Assembly (NCBI RefSeq): GCF_000007145.1
Contig: NC_003902.1
Span: 1,417,436-1,449,435 of the forward strand
Length of the DNA: 32,000 nt
Direction: 5' to 3'
From: Xanthomonas campestris pv. campestris str. ATCC 33913
GTDB taxonomy: Bacteria > Pseudomonadota > Gammaproteobacteria > Xanthomonadales > Xanthomonadaceae
Shown: one piece after another, positions 15,198-23,959 of the stretch
Layout: the number at the start of each line of letters is the position of its first letter
Position numbering within the stretch: position 1 is the stretch's first letter
Made by a program: the position numbers and the translations under genes
The notes under the pieces: generated by a model
What the model saw: the letters and a program-made list of their open reading frames with translations, nothing else
Databases searched by the model: none
Told to the model about the DNA's origin: nothing

Positions 15198-15454
15198 GGA
15201 AACGCCGCCTGCATCAGCGCCTGACCGAACTGCATGATTGCCGAGGCGCCCCAGGGCGCAGTGACTGCGATGGCAGCCACCACCACCACCAGCTTGAGCG
15301 CGAACGAAATCGAGGCATCCTGCAGCGACATCACTGCCTGGATGAAGGCGATCAGCAGCCCGGCCACTGCGGCAACGCCGACCACCGGCAACGACACCTT
15401 GAGGCACAGCAACAAGGCTTCGGAAGTGAATCGCACCAGATCGTCATGGTCCAT
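15194..15454 (-). CDS. hrcS: HrcS (FliQ/YscS/SctS) export-apparatus protein
   Basis: It is an 86-aa protein with two transmembrane segments, typical of the FliQ family. Confidence 0.95.
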   Translation of the reverse strand: MDHDDLVRFTSEALLLCLKVSLPVVGVAAVAGLLIAFIQAVMSLQDASISFALKLVVVVAAIAVTAPWGASAIMQFGQALMQAAFP

Positions 15455-15458
15455 GGCG

Positions 15459-16103
15459 TCACCGATAACTCAGGACCAGGCCATGGATCAGCATGGACCA
15501 GCCATCCAGCGCCACGAACAACAGCAGTTTGAACGGAATGGCCACGTTGGTTGGCGTCACCTGCGAAAGGCCCATCGCCATCAACGCATTGGCCACCACC
15601 AGATCGATCACGATGAAGACCAGATACAGCAGAAATCCGATGCGGAATGCCTCGGTCAGCTCGCTCAGCGTGAATGCCGGTGCCAGCACCAGAAGATCGT
15701 CAGGCTTGAGCGTATCGGCCTTGTCCTTGGGCCAGATCTGCTGCGCCGAGCGAATGAAAAAGGCTTTCTCGCGCTCGCGGGTGTGCTTGAGCAGGAACTG
15801 CCGAAACGGTTCGCGACAGGCATCGAGCAATACCACTACACGGCTGTTGTCGGCACCGGGACTGTAATTCTGCGCGGCCTTGAACGCCTCCATGCCCACC
15901 GGCGCCATCACAAAGCACGACACCAGCAACGCGACGCCGTTGAGCACCATGTTCGGCGGCACCTGCTGCACGCCGATGGCATTGCGCAGCAAGCCGAGCA
16001 CGACCACGATCTTGGTGTAGGAGGTGACTACCATCGCTGCGAAGGGCAGCAGCCCCAGCATGATGACCACCAGCAGCAGCGAGCCGACATCAGGCATCTG
16101 CAT
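15459..16103 (-). CDS. hrcR: HrcR (FliP/YscR/SctR) export-apparatus protein
   Basis: Translation from the ATG at 16103 (MQMPDVG) gives 214 aa. FliP-family sequence includes VVLGLLRNAIGVQQVPPNMVLNGVALL and PFKLLLFVALDGW. The long N-terminal extension in the ORF track overlaps hrcQ and is rejected. Confidence 0.95.
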   Translation of the reverse strand: MQMPDVGSLLLVVIMLGLLPFAAMVVTSYTKIVVVLGLLRNAIGVQQVPPNMVLNGVALLVSCFVMAPVGMEAFKAAQNYSPGADNSRVVVLLDACREPFRQFLLKHTREREKAFFIRSAQQIWPKDKADTLKPDDLLVLAPAFTLSELTEAFRIGFLLYLVFIVIDLVVANALMAMGLSQVTPTNVAIPFKLLLFVALDGWSMLIHGLVLSYR

Positions 16104-17097
16104 GCGCAGTCTCCGACATGCTGAGGATCTGCACGCCGAGATGTTCGCCCACCGCCAGCAATCTGCCGATGCCGATGGTCTGGCCGTAGACGACCAGGCG
16201 GATGTCGGCCTGGTCCACCGGCACCGACAGCTCGAGGATCTGGCCGGGCTGCAAGCCCGACAGCACGGATAGAGACAGCGCAAGCTGGTCCACTTCCAGC
16301 TGTACGGGCAGTTCCAGTGCCGCCACATCGGTGGCGGACGATGAGGAGTCGGACGCGGGCATATCGTGCTGCATGGTGGGGGCAGTCTCCAGAATCATCT
16401 GTTGCAGGGTCAGGCGTACCGGAGCGCGCAACACTGCACCTCCAGGGATGCCCCAGAGCAGCTCGCCGCTGCGCACGGGAGCCGTGGCGAGAGCGTGCAA
16501 CAGGACATCGCCCGGGCGCAGCGATTGCAGCAACGCCGCCGTTGCCGTGCGCTGGCCGATACGCAGGCGCGTAGTCACCCGCAGTGCGCTCAGCCAGGCC
16601 GGCAGTGGCGATGGCTGAGCCAGCGCAGCGCTAGCCGTTTGCAGCGCGGCAAGCAGCAGCGGGCTGGCGGTCTCTGCGATTGCGTCGATGCCGCCCAGCG
16701 TGATGCCGATATCGAGGCGATCGACCGCATCCGCACAGCGCTCGAAGGCGACCACCTCGGCAGCGCCTAGTCCCAGTGGTTCCAGGGCGCGCAGATCATC
16801 GCTCAACAGCACACCGGCGATCGCCACGCGCAGTGCGTCATCGGCTTCGTTCAACAGCAGCGCCAGGCCGTCGCGTGCCGCGATCCGCAACTCCAGACTG
16901 CCGCTATCGAACTGCAGCTGCAGGCGCGCTGCATCCGCAGCCCGAATGCCGCGGCGTTGCGCGGTGTAGCCGCAACGCTGTGCCGCACGCGGATCGCAGA
17001 GCACTCTGCCCAGCTGCGCGCGCACGGCGGGCACGTGGGTCAGCGCCTGCGACAAGTCGCGTGCCGGCGACGTCAGGCTCGGCTCTGTTGACAACAC
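16090..17097 (-). CDS. hrcQ: HrcQ (YscQ/FliN/SctQ) cytoplasmic sorting-platform protein
   Basis: The C-terminal SpoA/FliN-like domain reads LELPVQLEVDQLALSLSVLSGLQPGQILEL...VYGQTIGIGRLLAVGEHLGVQI. The start is a GTG at 17097, so the exact start is uncertain. Confidence 0.9.
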   Translation of the reverse strand: MLSTEPSLTSPARDLSQALTHVPAVRAQLGRVLCDPRAAQRCGYTAQRRGIRAADAARLQLQFDSGSLELRIAARDGLALLLNEADDALRVAIAGVLLSDDLRALEPLGLGAAEVVAFERCADAVDRLDIGITLGGIDAIAETASPLLLAALQTASAALAQPSPLPAWLSALRVTTRLRIGQRTATAALLQSLRPGDVLLHALATAPVRSGELLWGIPGGAVLRAPVRLTLQQMILETAPTMQHDMPASDSSSSATDVAALELPVQLEVDQLALSLSVLSGLQPGQILELSVPVDQADIRLVVYGQTIGIGRLLAVGEHLGVQILSMSETAHADA

Positions 17098-17136
17098 GGC
17101 GTCCCTCGCTATGGCTGGTTTGCTGCAGATGCAGCG

Positions 17137-17772
17137 CTAGACGACCTCGATGCTGATCTGAAGCGTGTCGCTGAGCGCAGCCTTCAATGCAGTATCCAAA
17201 CGTTTTCTTCCATTCAAAAGTACCTCGCGCGTCTCCGGCGAGCCGCTGTCGAAGCGAAGCGATAGCTGGTCTGGCGAAAGCCGCAAGAACAGCGTGGTCT
17301 GCGGCAGGATGTCGTGGTTGATCTCCAGCCACGCTTCCCAGGTACCTGCGCCGCGTACCGGCGTGGCGTTGCAAAACTCGGCAACCCGCAGCGCGATGTG
17401 GTTGATGGCCAGCTGCGCGCGTTGGGTGCGGATCCACTCGGTGGCGATCTGCCGACCCAGTGCGTCGCCGTCATCGCCTCGGGCGATCTGTCGACGATTG
17501 CCGTCATCCAGGCAGGGCGGTGCGGTTGGCAGCGCTGCGGGTCCGTGATCGTCGCTGGCAGCATCCATCACTTCGGCCAGCGTCGGATCGTCGTCGCCGT
17601 CCTCCGGCACCACCGTGTCCGGCAATCCGGCCAGCACGCTGCTCAGGCGTCGGCGCAGTTGCATGAAGCTGACACGTTGCGTCGCACGCGCCGGTGCTGC
17701 CGCTGCGTGCGGCTGCAGCGGTGCGCCGGCAATGGGCAGGATGCGCACATGGCGGACCGGTGGCTTGCGCAT
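17137..17772 (-). CDS. hpaC: HpaC/HpaP, T3S substrate-specificity switch (T3S4-domain) protein
   Basis: Translation from the ATG at 17772 gives 211 aa, and that ATG overlaps the hrcV stop by 1 nt (TGATG). The position between hrcV and hrcQ fits. The 452-aa ORF-track version is an in-frame extension through hrcV antisense space. Confidence 0.85.
   Translation of the reverse strand: MRKPPVRHVRILPIAGAPLQPHAAAAPARATQRVSFMQLRRRLSSVLAGLPDTVVPEDGDDDPTLAEVMDAASDDHGPAALPTAPPCLDDGNRRQIARGDDGDALGRQIATEWIRTQRAQLAINHIALRVAEFCNATPVRGAGTWEAWLEINHDILPQTTLFLRLSPDQLSLRFDSGSPETREVLLNGRKRLDTALKAALSDTLQISIEVV
17254..17278 (-). promoter_or_regulatory. Perfect PIP box TTCGC-N15-TTCGC (hrpD/hrcQ promoter) inside the hpaC/hpaP coding sequence
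   Basis: The plus strand reads GCGAA at 17254-17258 and GCGAA at 17274-17278 with a 15-nt spacer. A TACTTT hexamer lies 31 nt downstream. The box is about 160-180 nt upstream of the hrcQ start. Confidence 0.8.
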
Positions 17773-19694
17773 CAGGCCACCACTCTGCCGATCGGCTGCA
17801 GCTGCACCTCTGCGCCCAGTTCCTGGAACGAATACACCTCCAGCCAGTTCAGGCGTGCCTCGATCATGCGGCGCACATAACGCCGCACGTCCATCGAGGC
17901 GACCACTGCCAGTGGATGCCGCGCCTGATCTTCGACGATGCGTTCCACCTGCTCGACCAGCTGATTGGCCTGCTCCGGTGGCAGCGCCAGGAAATTGCCG
18001 GCCGGTGTGGCGCGAATCGACTGCCGGATCAACTGTTCCACGGCGTGGTCGAGCATCACCGCAGGCAGCTGTCCGGTGCCTGCGGTCGCGGTGTGCGCAA
18101 GATAGCGGCCGAGATCGCAGCGCACATACTCGGTCAGCATCAGCAGATCCTTTTCCTTCGGTCCCCACACCACCAGGCTCTCCAGGATGCTCTTGATGTT
18201 GCGCACCGGGATGCGTTCTTCCAGCAGTCGCCGCAACACATCGGCGATGCGTTGGGCTGGCATGGCCTTGTTGACCTCTGCAACCAGCCCGGGATAGTCC
18301 GCGCCCACCTGTTCCAGCATCCACTGCGTCTCCTGGATGCCGACGAACAGATGCGCGCGTGCATGCAACGGTGCGATGGCTTGTTGGGCCAGCGCTTTCT
18401 GCATGTCCGCCGTATCGCTCAACGCGCTGCGGGTTTCCGGCACATCGTGGATCAACACTTCGTACTGCAGGCCCTGCAGGGATTCGCTCTGCCATATCGC
18501 GATCCCCGGGAACGGCAATCCCAGCAGCTCGACCAATTGCCTCCGCTCGCTTTCGATCGCCTGATCCAGCAGCGCCGGGTCGAGCCGTGCAGCCAGTTGC
18601 GGCGAAAGCCGCATCGACAAGGGCGAGGCGAAATCCGGGGCGCTCTTGCGGATGTGCGGCGCATCGCCTTTGGCACCTTTGCGGCTGGTTGATGGCAGTG
18701 CGGGCTGATCGCTCCCGCTGGTGTCGCGTTGCTTGCGCCAGATCGTATAGCCCCCGGCACCGACCGCCGCTGCCAGCAGCAGGAACAGCAGCGCCGGAAA
18801 TCCCGGCACGAACGCAAAGCAGGCCAGCAGCACACTCGCTGCCATCAAGGCACGTGCGTTGCTGGTGAGCTGGCGGCCGATGTCGAGCCCGAGCGAGCTG
18901 ATCTTGGTTTCATTCTCGTTGGCGACGCGGGTGATCATGACGCCGGCCGCCACCGAGATCAGCAGCGAGGCGATCTGCGACACCATCGCATCGCCTACCG
19001 ACAGGATCGCAAAGCGGTTGGCGGCCTCGCCCGCGCTCATGCCGTGGTAGGTCACGCCTACCACGATGCCGGCCAAGATGTTGACCATGGTGATCACCAG
19101 GCCGGCGATCGCATCGCCCTTGACGAATTTCATGGCGCCATCCATGCCGCCGTGCAGTTGACTCTCGATGGCCAGCCGGGCGCGTTTGCGGCGTGCTTCG
19201 TCTGCAGTCAGATTGCCGCCGCGCAGGTCGGCGTCGATGCTCATCTGCTTGCCCGGCATCGCATCCAGGGTGAAGCGCGCGCCGACTTCCGCAACGCGCT
19301 CGGAACCTTTGGCGATCACGATGAATTGCACCGTGGTGATGATCAGGAACACCACCAGGCCCACCACCAGATTGCCGCCCACCACCAGCTCGCCGAAGCT
19401 CTCGATGATGTGGCCGGCTTCGGCGTGCAGCAGGATCGATTTCGTCGATGCGATGTTCAACGACAGCCGCAGCAGCGTGGTGAACAGCAGCAACGAGGGA
19501 AACGACGACAGCGAGATCGAGTCGGGCACATACATCGTGACCATCAGCAACACCACGCTCAGCGTGATGTTGATGCCCAGCAGCGTATCGATCAGCGGGG
19601 TAGGCAGCGGCAGGATCATCAAGCCGATGACCGCCACCACCAAGGCGGCGATCGCCACTTCACCGGTGTATGCAAAATACCGTGTTACGCGCAT
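17772..19694 (-). CDS. hrcV: HrcV (FlhA/YscV/LcrD/SctV) export-gate protein
   Basis: The protein is 640 aa with an N-terminal polytopic membrane domain. It contains the conserved ARFTLDAMPGKQMSIDADL and GGMDGAMKFVKGDAIAG motifs and a large cytoplasmic C-terminal domain. Confidence 0.97.
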   Translation of the reverse strand: MRVTRYFAYTGEVAIAALVVAVIGLMILPLPTPLIDTLLGINITLSVVLLMVTMYVPDSISLSSFPSLLLFTTLLRLSLNIASTKSILLHAEAGHIIESFGELVVGGNLVVGLVVFLIITTVQFIVIAKGSERVAEVGARFTLDAMPGKQMSIDADLRGGNLTADEARRKRARLAIESQLHGGMDGAMKFVKGDAIAGLVITMVNILAGIVVGVTYHGMSAGEAANRFAILSVGDAMVSQIASLLISVAAGVMITRVANENETKISSLGLDIGRQLTSNARALMAASVLLACFAFVPGFPALLFLLLAAAVGAGGYTIWRKQRDTSGSDQPALPSTSRKGAKGDAPHIRKSAPDFASPLSMRLSPQLAARLDPALLDQAIESERRQLVELLGLPFPGIAIWQSESLQGLQYEVLIHDVPETRSALSDTADMQKALAQQAIAPLHARAHLFVGIQETQWMLEQVGADYPGLVAEVNKAMPAQRIADVLRRLLEERIPVRNIKSILESLVVWGPKEKDLLMLTEYVRCDLGRYLAHTATAGTGQLPAVMLDHAVEQLIRQSIRATPAGNFLALPPEQANQLVEQVERIVEDQARHPLAVVASMDVRRYVRRMIEARLNWLEVYSFQELGAEVQLQPIGRVVA

Positions 19695-19702
19695 GCCATC
19701 TC

Positions 19703-20776
19703 CTAGCAGGGCAGCGGACCGCTGCCTTCATCGTTGTCGCGGCCCAGTTCATCGACCCAGCGCAGCACCACCGCCACCGTTTCGAACAGCGATTCGGGAA
19801 CCGCCTCGCCCAGTTCGACCTCATGCAGCGCACGTGCCAACGGCGGGTTCGCCACGATCGGAATGCCCTGGTTGTGCGCATAGGCACGCAGTTCCAGTGC
19901 GCCCTCGTCCACGCCCTTGGCAACCACCTGCGGCAGACCGAAGCCGTCCGGTTCGTAGGCGAGCGCGACGGCGTAATGGGTCGGGTTGACCACCATCACC
20001 TTGGCCTTGGCAACGCGCTCGCGCGGGTCGCCGAAGACCAGTTCCTTGGCGAATTCCTTGCGCTTTCCCTTCACTTCCGGGTCGCCTTCGCTCTCCTTGT
20101 GTTCGCGCTTCTGCTCGTCCTTGCTCATGCGCTTGTCGCGAATGAACAACCAATGCTGCACGCTCCAGTCCGCCGCGCCGACCAGCACGAACACCAGGAC
20201 CGCCAGGGCGCACAAAATGCCCAGTGCGCGCCAGCCGATCTGGGCGATGTCGGCCGGTGGCTGGTAGGCGAGCCCGATGATGGTCGGCATGAGTGCACGA
20301 AGGCCGTACCACAGCACCACGCCGATCACGGCCGCCTTGATGCCCAGCTTCAGCAGGTTGATGAGACTGCGTAACGAAAAAAGTTTTTTGACGCCGTTGA
20401 CGGGGTTGAGCGAATCGAATTTGGGCGTGACCGGTTTGAGCGAGGCATTAAGCCCGGTCTGCACAAAGGTGCCGATCAATCCTGCGGCCAGGCAGGCCGT
20501 CACGAAGGGCAGCGTCAGCAAGACACCCTGGATGCCGATGCGACCGAGCGCACGGTGCAAGGCGGTGGCATCGCGCGTATTGGTGGTGAAGTCGAAACCG
20601 ATCGACATCAATGCACGCAGATGTTCGACAAAATAGCTGCCTGCCAGCTTCATCACCAGCAGCGCGGCCAGCAGCACTGCGGCGGCAGTGACGTCCGGGC
20701 TGATCGGGACTTCCCCATCCCTGCGCGCATCCTGCAGTTTCTTTTCTGTCGGCTTCTCGGTCTTCTCATCCGACAT
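19703..20776 (-). CDS. hrcU: HrcU (FlhB/YscU/SctU) autocleaving switch protein
   Basis: The protein is 357 aa and starts MSDEKTEKPTEKKLQDARRDGEV. The NPTH autocleavage motif is present (VVNPTHYAVAL). Confidence 0.97.
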   Translation of the reverse strand: MSDEKTEKPTEKKLQDARRDGEVPISPDVTAAAVLLAALLVMKLAGSYFVEHLRALMSIGFDFTTNTRDATALHRALGRIGIQGVLLTLPFVTACLAAGLIGTFVQTGLNASLKPVTPKFDSLNPVNGVKKLFSLRSLINLLKLGIKAAVIGVVLWYGLRALMPTIIGLAYQPPADIAQIGWRALGILCALAVLVFVLVGAADWSVQHWLFIRDKRMSKDEQKREHKESEGDPEVKGKRKEFAKELVFGDPRERVAKAKVMVVNPTHYAVALAYEPDGFGLPQVVAKGVDEGALELRAYAHNQGIPIVANPPLARALHEVELGEAVPESLFETVAVVLRWVDELGRDNDEGSGPLPC

Positions 20777-20845
20777 GGCGATCTCCGGCCGCTATTGCTG
20801 CACCCCCATTCTGAGCGAGCCGTCGCCGGACGATCCGCTTCCAAG

Positions 20846-20870
20846 GCGAACGTGTGCATGGGTGTACGAA
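20846..20870 (-). promoter_or_regulatory. PIP box TTCGT-N15-TTCGC (hrpC/hrcU promoter)
   Basis: The plus strand reads GCGAA at 20846-20850 and ACGAA at 20866-20870 with a 15-nt spacer. A -10-like CAGAAT (YANNRT) lies 32 nt downstream at 20808-20813. The box is about 70 nt upstream of the hrcU ATG. Confidence 0.75.
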
Positions 20871-20884
20871 GCACGACGTGTTTG

Positions 20885-20909
20885 TTCGCGATGGCATTCC
20901 GATGTTCGC
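20885..20909 (+). promoter_or_regulatory. Perfect PIP box TTCGC-N15-TTCGC (hrpB operon promoter)
   Basis: TTCGC occurs at 20885-20889 and 20905-20909 with spacer GATGGCATTCCGATG. A TACGTT hexamer lies 30 nt downstream. The box is about 80 nt upstream of hrpB1. Confidence 0.85.
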
Positions 20910-20988
20910 TTCTGAAAAGTCTTCGTTGGCGCCGAAGCGTACGTTACGCACGCATGCTGTCCACGGCCATTGAATGAAGAGGTGCGGT

Positions 20989-21444
20989 ATGGAAAAGATT
21001 GAATGTCCCGGTTCGGTCGTGAGCGGGCTGATCGAACTGATCACGGTCGGGCTGACCCACGAAAAAATCGAAGAGGCCGCAGCGGTGCTGGCCGCCGTGC
21101 GAGTACTGCGGCCAGAGTTGAAGGCGCTGGATACCTTCGATGCCTGGATTGCGATCAAGCGCGGCAGTTATCTGGAGGGCGCGCGCCTGCTGCGTGAGCT
21201 GGAGGCCGATGCGGGCTCCGAGCCGTTGTGCAAGGCCTTGTACGCGTGTTGCCTGTTTGCGGTGGGCGACCCGTCCTGGCATGGCATTGCAGAGGGCCTG
21301 ATCGAAGAGGACGCCGATGCCGACGCCGTTGGACTGGTCAAGGCGCTGTCAGGACGCTACACCCCGGCACCCGCGCCGCTGGAAGCGGCGGCCGAATCCG
21401 CCGCGCCGATGGACGTTCCCAACGCCCAGTATCTGCGCGCCTGA
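20989..21444 (+). CDS. hrpB1: HrpB1, periplasmic T3SS component
   Basis: The ATG at 20989, with AGAGG upstream, gives 151 aa, matching the recalled HrpB1 length. It is the first gene after the hrpB PIP box. The ORF track starts at 20974. Confidence 0.88.
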   Translation: MEKIECPGSVVSGLIELITVGLTHEKIEEAAAVLAAVRVLRPELKALDTFDAWIAIKRGSYLEGARLLRELEADAGSEPLCKALYACCLFAVGDPSWHGIAEGLIEEDADADAVGLVKALSGRYTPAPAPLEAAAESAAPMDVPNAQYLRA

Positions 21445-21475
21445 CCCGAACTTTACCCAGCCTGCGGAACATGCC

Positions 21476-21868
21476 ATGGCGCTCATTCCTCCTGTTGTAC
21501 CGATCACTGCAAGTACCGGCCTGTCCACGCCTGCGGTATCGCCGACGGCCGCACCGAACCAGTCGCTCGTCAATCGCTTCCAGGCGCTGATGCAATCCTC
21601 CTGCCCGCTGCCGCCTGCCATGCAGCGCGTGGGAGAGCCGAGCATGATCAGCCGCATGGTGGACATGCAGAACGACGGCGTGCGGGCCATGACCGAGCAT
21701 GTTGATGCGTTCGGCGCCAATGCGCCAAAGATGGGGCTGGAGGAAATTGCGGCTGAGGAAATGAAGTTGATTAACGAGCTGACGATGGTCGGTTTCAACC
21801 TCAACGTCAGCGTCAGCCTGGCACAGTCCGGCAAGAACGCCGTGCAGACACTGTTCAAGAACCAATAG
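21476..21868 (+). CDS. hrpB2: HrpB2, early T3S substrate / inner-rod-like protein
   Basis: Translation from the ATG at 21476 gives 130 aa. A C-terminal VQTLFK matches the VxTLxK motif described for HrpB2. Confidence 0.88.
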   Translation: MALIPPVVPITASTGLSTPAVSPTAAPNQSLVNRFQALMQSSCPLPPAMQRVGEPSMISRMVDMQNDGVRAMTEHVDAFGANAPKMGLEEIAAEEMKLINELTMVGFNLNVSVSLAQSGKNAVQTLFKNQ

Positions 21869-21869
21869 C

Positions 21870-22634
21870 ATGCGAACGCTCAGATATCTGGTGGTGTTGC
21901 TGCTCGCACTGCTGCTGTCCGGCTGCGACCAGCAGCTGTATTCCGGGCTGACCGAGAACGACGCCAACGACATGCTGGCCGTGCTGCTGACGGCCGGTGT
22001 GGATGCAGAAAAGCTCACGCCCGATGACGGCAAGACCTGGGCGGTCAACGCGCCGCACGATCAGGTGGCGTACGCATTGAACGTGCTGCGCACGCATGGC
22101 ATGCCGCATGAGCGACACGCCAATCTCGGCGAGATGTTCAAGAAAGACGGCCTGATCTCCACACCCACCGAAGAACGCGTGCGCTTCATCTATGGCGTGT
22201 CGCAGCAGCTGTCGCAGACCCTGTCGAATATCGATGGCGTGATCGCGGCCGATGTGCAGATCGTGCTTCCCAATAACGACCCGCTTTCGGCATCGGTCAA
22301 ACCCTCCAGCGCTGCGGTGTTCATCAAGTTTCGCGTCGGTAGCGATCTGACCAGCCTGGTGCCCAGCATCAAGACCCTGGTGATGCACAGCGTGGAAGGA
22401 CTGACCTACGAGAACGTCAGCGTCACGCTGGTGCCGGGCGGGGCGGAGAGCGATGCGCAGTTCGCTGCATCGGCGCCGCCGCGTGCCTGGGCGTGGCCGT
22501 GGCTGGTTGGATGCGCGCTGGCGCTGTGCGTGGCGGTCGCTGCGGCAGCGCTGTATTGGTGGCCGAGCGCCAATGCGCGCCGCTGGGGCGGCTGGCAGCG
22601 CCTGCGCGCGTTGTCCAGAAAACATGCGGGGTGA
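21870..22634 (+). CDS. hrcJ: HrcJ (YscJ/SctJ) inner-membrane ring lipoprotein
   Basis: It has a signal peptide with lipobox LLLSGC, a YscJ/FliF-family body and a C-terminal transmembrane segment. Confidence 0.95.
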   Translation: MRTLRYLVVLLLALLLSGCDQQLYSGLTENDANDMLAVLLTAGVDAEKLTPDDGKTWAVNAPHDQVAYALNVLRTHGMPHERHANLGEMFKKDGLISTPTEERVRFIYGVSQQLSQTLSNIDGVIAADVQIVLPNNDPLSASVKPSSAAVFIKFRVGSDLTSLVPSIKTLVMHSVEGLTYENVSVTLVPGGAESDAQFAASAPPRAWAWPWLVGCALALCVAVAAAALYWWPSANARRWGGWQRLRALSRKHAG

Positions 22635-22643
22635 GGCCGGCGG

Positions 22644-23273
22644 ATGGACAAGGCACGGATCGACAACACAGCACGGTGGCTTCAACGATGGACGGCGGCC
22701 GTGTCCACGCTGGCGCAATCGCTGGATGCAGAGCGGGTGGCGCACTGGCTGGGTCCGGTCGCTGCGCTGGGCTGGGAACGTGCAGCGGCGCAGCGCCGTA
22801 TGCGCGTGATCCAGGCCTGGTCGGGATGGGCGAGCATGCAGGTCGGCGCACTGGATCCGCTGGCCAATCGGCTGGTCGTGCTCGCGCCCGATCTGCTCGC
22901 CAGGGTGTTGATGAGCCGCGCGTTGTTTTCGCGCGCACTGGCGCTGCGCCGCTGTATCGAGCGCGAGCGCCTGAGCTGGTTCGAGCAGCGGGTGGGGCCG
23001 GCGGTGCTTGACTATGTGCGCCATTGCGCAGGCACCGGCATGACAGCGCCGCTGTTGCCGCACGATGCCGACCAGGCGGCATGGATCGGCGATGGCTGGC
23101 GTCGAATGCAGGCCGATGGTGTCTGGCCCGACCCCTGCATCGCCAAGGTGCTGGCGCTGTGCTTGCCGCTGGGCGCTGCCCGTGTGGTGCCCATCGCGGC
23201 AGATGGCGCGAGCGATGCATTCCTGCGGGCGCTGCCCACCCTGTTGCCGGAGCTGCCATGCGTCTTTGGCTGA
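22644..23273 (+). CDS. hrpB4: HrpB4 (SctK-like cytoplasmic T3SS component)
   Basis: The protein is 209 aa and lies between hrcJ and hrpB5. Confidence 0.82.
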   Translation: MDKARIDNTARWLQRWTAAVSTLAQSLDAERVAHWLGPVAALGWERAAAQRRMRVIQAWSGWASMQVGALDPLANRLVVLAPDLLARVLMSRALFSRALALRRCIERERLSWFEQRVGPAVLDYVRHCAGTGMTAPLLPHDADQAAWIGDGWRRMQADGVWPDPCIAKVLALCLPLGAARVVPIAADGASDAFLRALPTLLPELPCVFG

Positions 23274-23959
23274 GGTCCACACCGGAAGCGGTCGGCCTTG
23301 ACTGCGAGGTCATCCCACGCGAGGCATTGGCCTGTGTGCTGGAACTGGACGCAGCGGGTGCACAGGTGCACGCGCGTTGCGCGCAGGCGCTGGCGGACGC
23401 CCAGACGCGTGCGCAGGCGCTGCTCGACGCTGCCCAACGGCAGGCCGAGGCCATCCTTCAGGATGCCCACGACAGGGCCGAGCGCAGTGCACGCCTGGGC
23501 TATGCCGCCGGGCTGCGCCGTCAGCTCGACGCGTGGAACGAGCGCGGCGTGCGGCATGCCTTCGCGGCCCAGGACGCCGCACGGCGCGCCCGCGAGCGCC
23601 TGGCCGAGATCGTCGCGCACGCCTGCGAGCAGGTTCTGCACGGGCACGATCCTGCGGCGCTGTACGCGCGCGCCGCACAGGCGCTGGACGGCGCCCTGGA
23701 CGAGGCGAACGCCCTGCAGGTGAGCGTGCATCCCGATGCGCTGGACGATGCACGGCGCGCCTTCGATGCGGCCGCAGCGGCCGGCGGATGGAGCATGCCG
23801 GTGGAACTGTGCGGTGATACGACTCTGGCCTTGGGTGCCTGCGTGTGCGAATGGGATACCGGCGTGTTCGAGACCGATCTGCGTGATCAGCTGCGCAGTC
23901 TCCGGCGCGTCATTCGCCGCGTGTTGGCCACGCCGCAGGCGGTGCCGGATGCTTGCTGA
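23258..23959 (+). CDS. hrpB5: HrpB5/HrcL (YscL/FliH/SctL) ATPase stator/regulator
   Basis: Translation from the ATG at 23258 gives 233 aa. It has an Ala/Gln/Arg-rich coiled region typical of the FliH/YscL family. It overlaps the hrpB4 end by 16 nt. Confidence 0.85.
   Translation: MRLWLRSTPEAVGLDCEVIPREALACVLELDAAGAQVHARCAQALADAQTRAQALLDAAQRQAEAILQDAHDRAERSARLGYAAGLRRQLDAWNERGVRHAFAAQDAARRARERLAEIVAHACEQVLHGHDPAALYARAAQALDGALDEANALQVSVHPDALDDARRAFDAAAAAGGWSMPVELCGDTTLALGACVCEWDTGVFETDLRDQLRSLRRVIRRVLATPQAVPDAC

Noticed and set aside
17137-18495. 452-aa minus-strand ORF suggesting a much larger HpaC/HpaP
   Set aside because: The first 241 residues lie in another frame of the same strand across the hrcV 3' region, and their Arg/Gly/Pro/Ala-rich composition is typical of off-frame GC-rich DNA. 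The internal ATG at 17772 overlaps the hrcV stop and gives the expected ~211-aa protein.
17694-19706. Plus-strand ORFs of 332 aa and 325 aa opposite hrcV
   Set aside because: They are antisense to hrcV. Their His/Arg/Gln/Asp-rich low-complexity translations are typical of the reverse frame of a membrane-protein gene in GC-rich DNA.
21855-23454. Long minus-strand ORFs (475 aa and 343 aa) opposite hrcJ/hrpB4/hrpB5
   Set aside because: These are shadow ORFs antisense to well-supported plus-strand genes. They are extremely Arg/Ala/Pro-rich with no recognisable family features.
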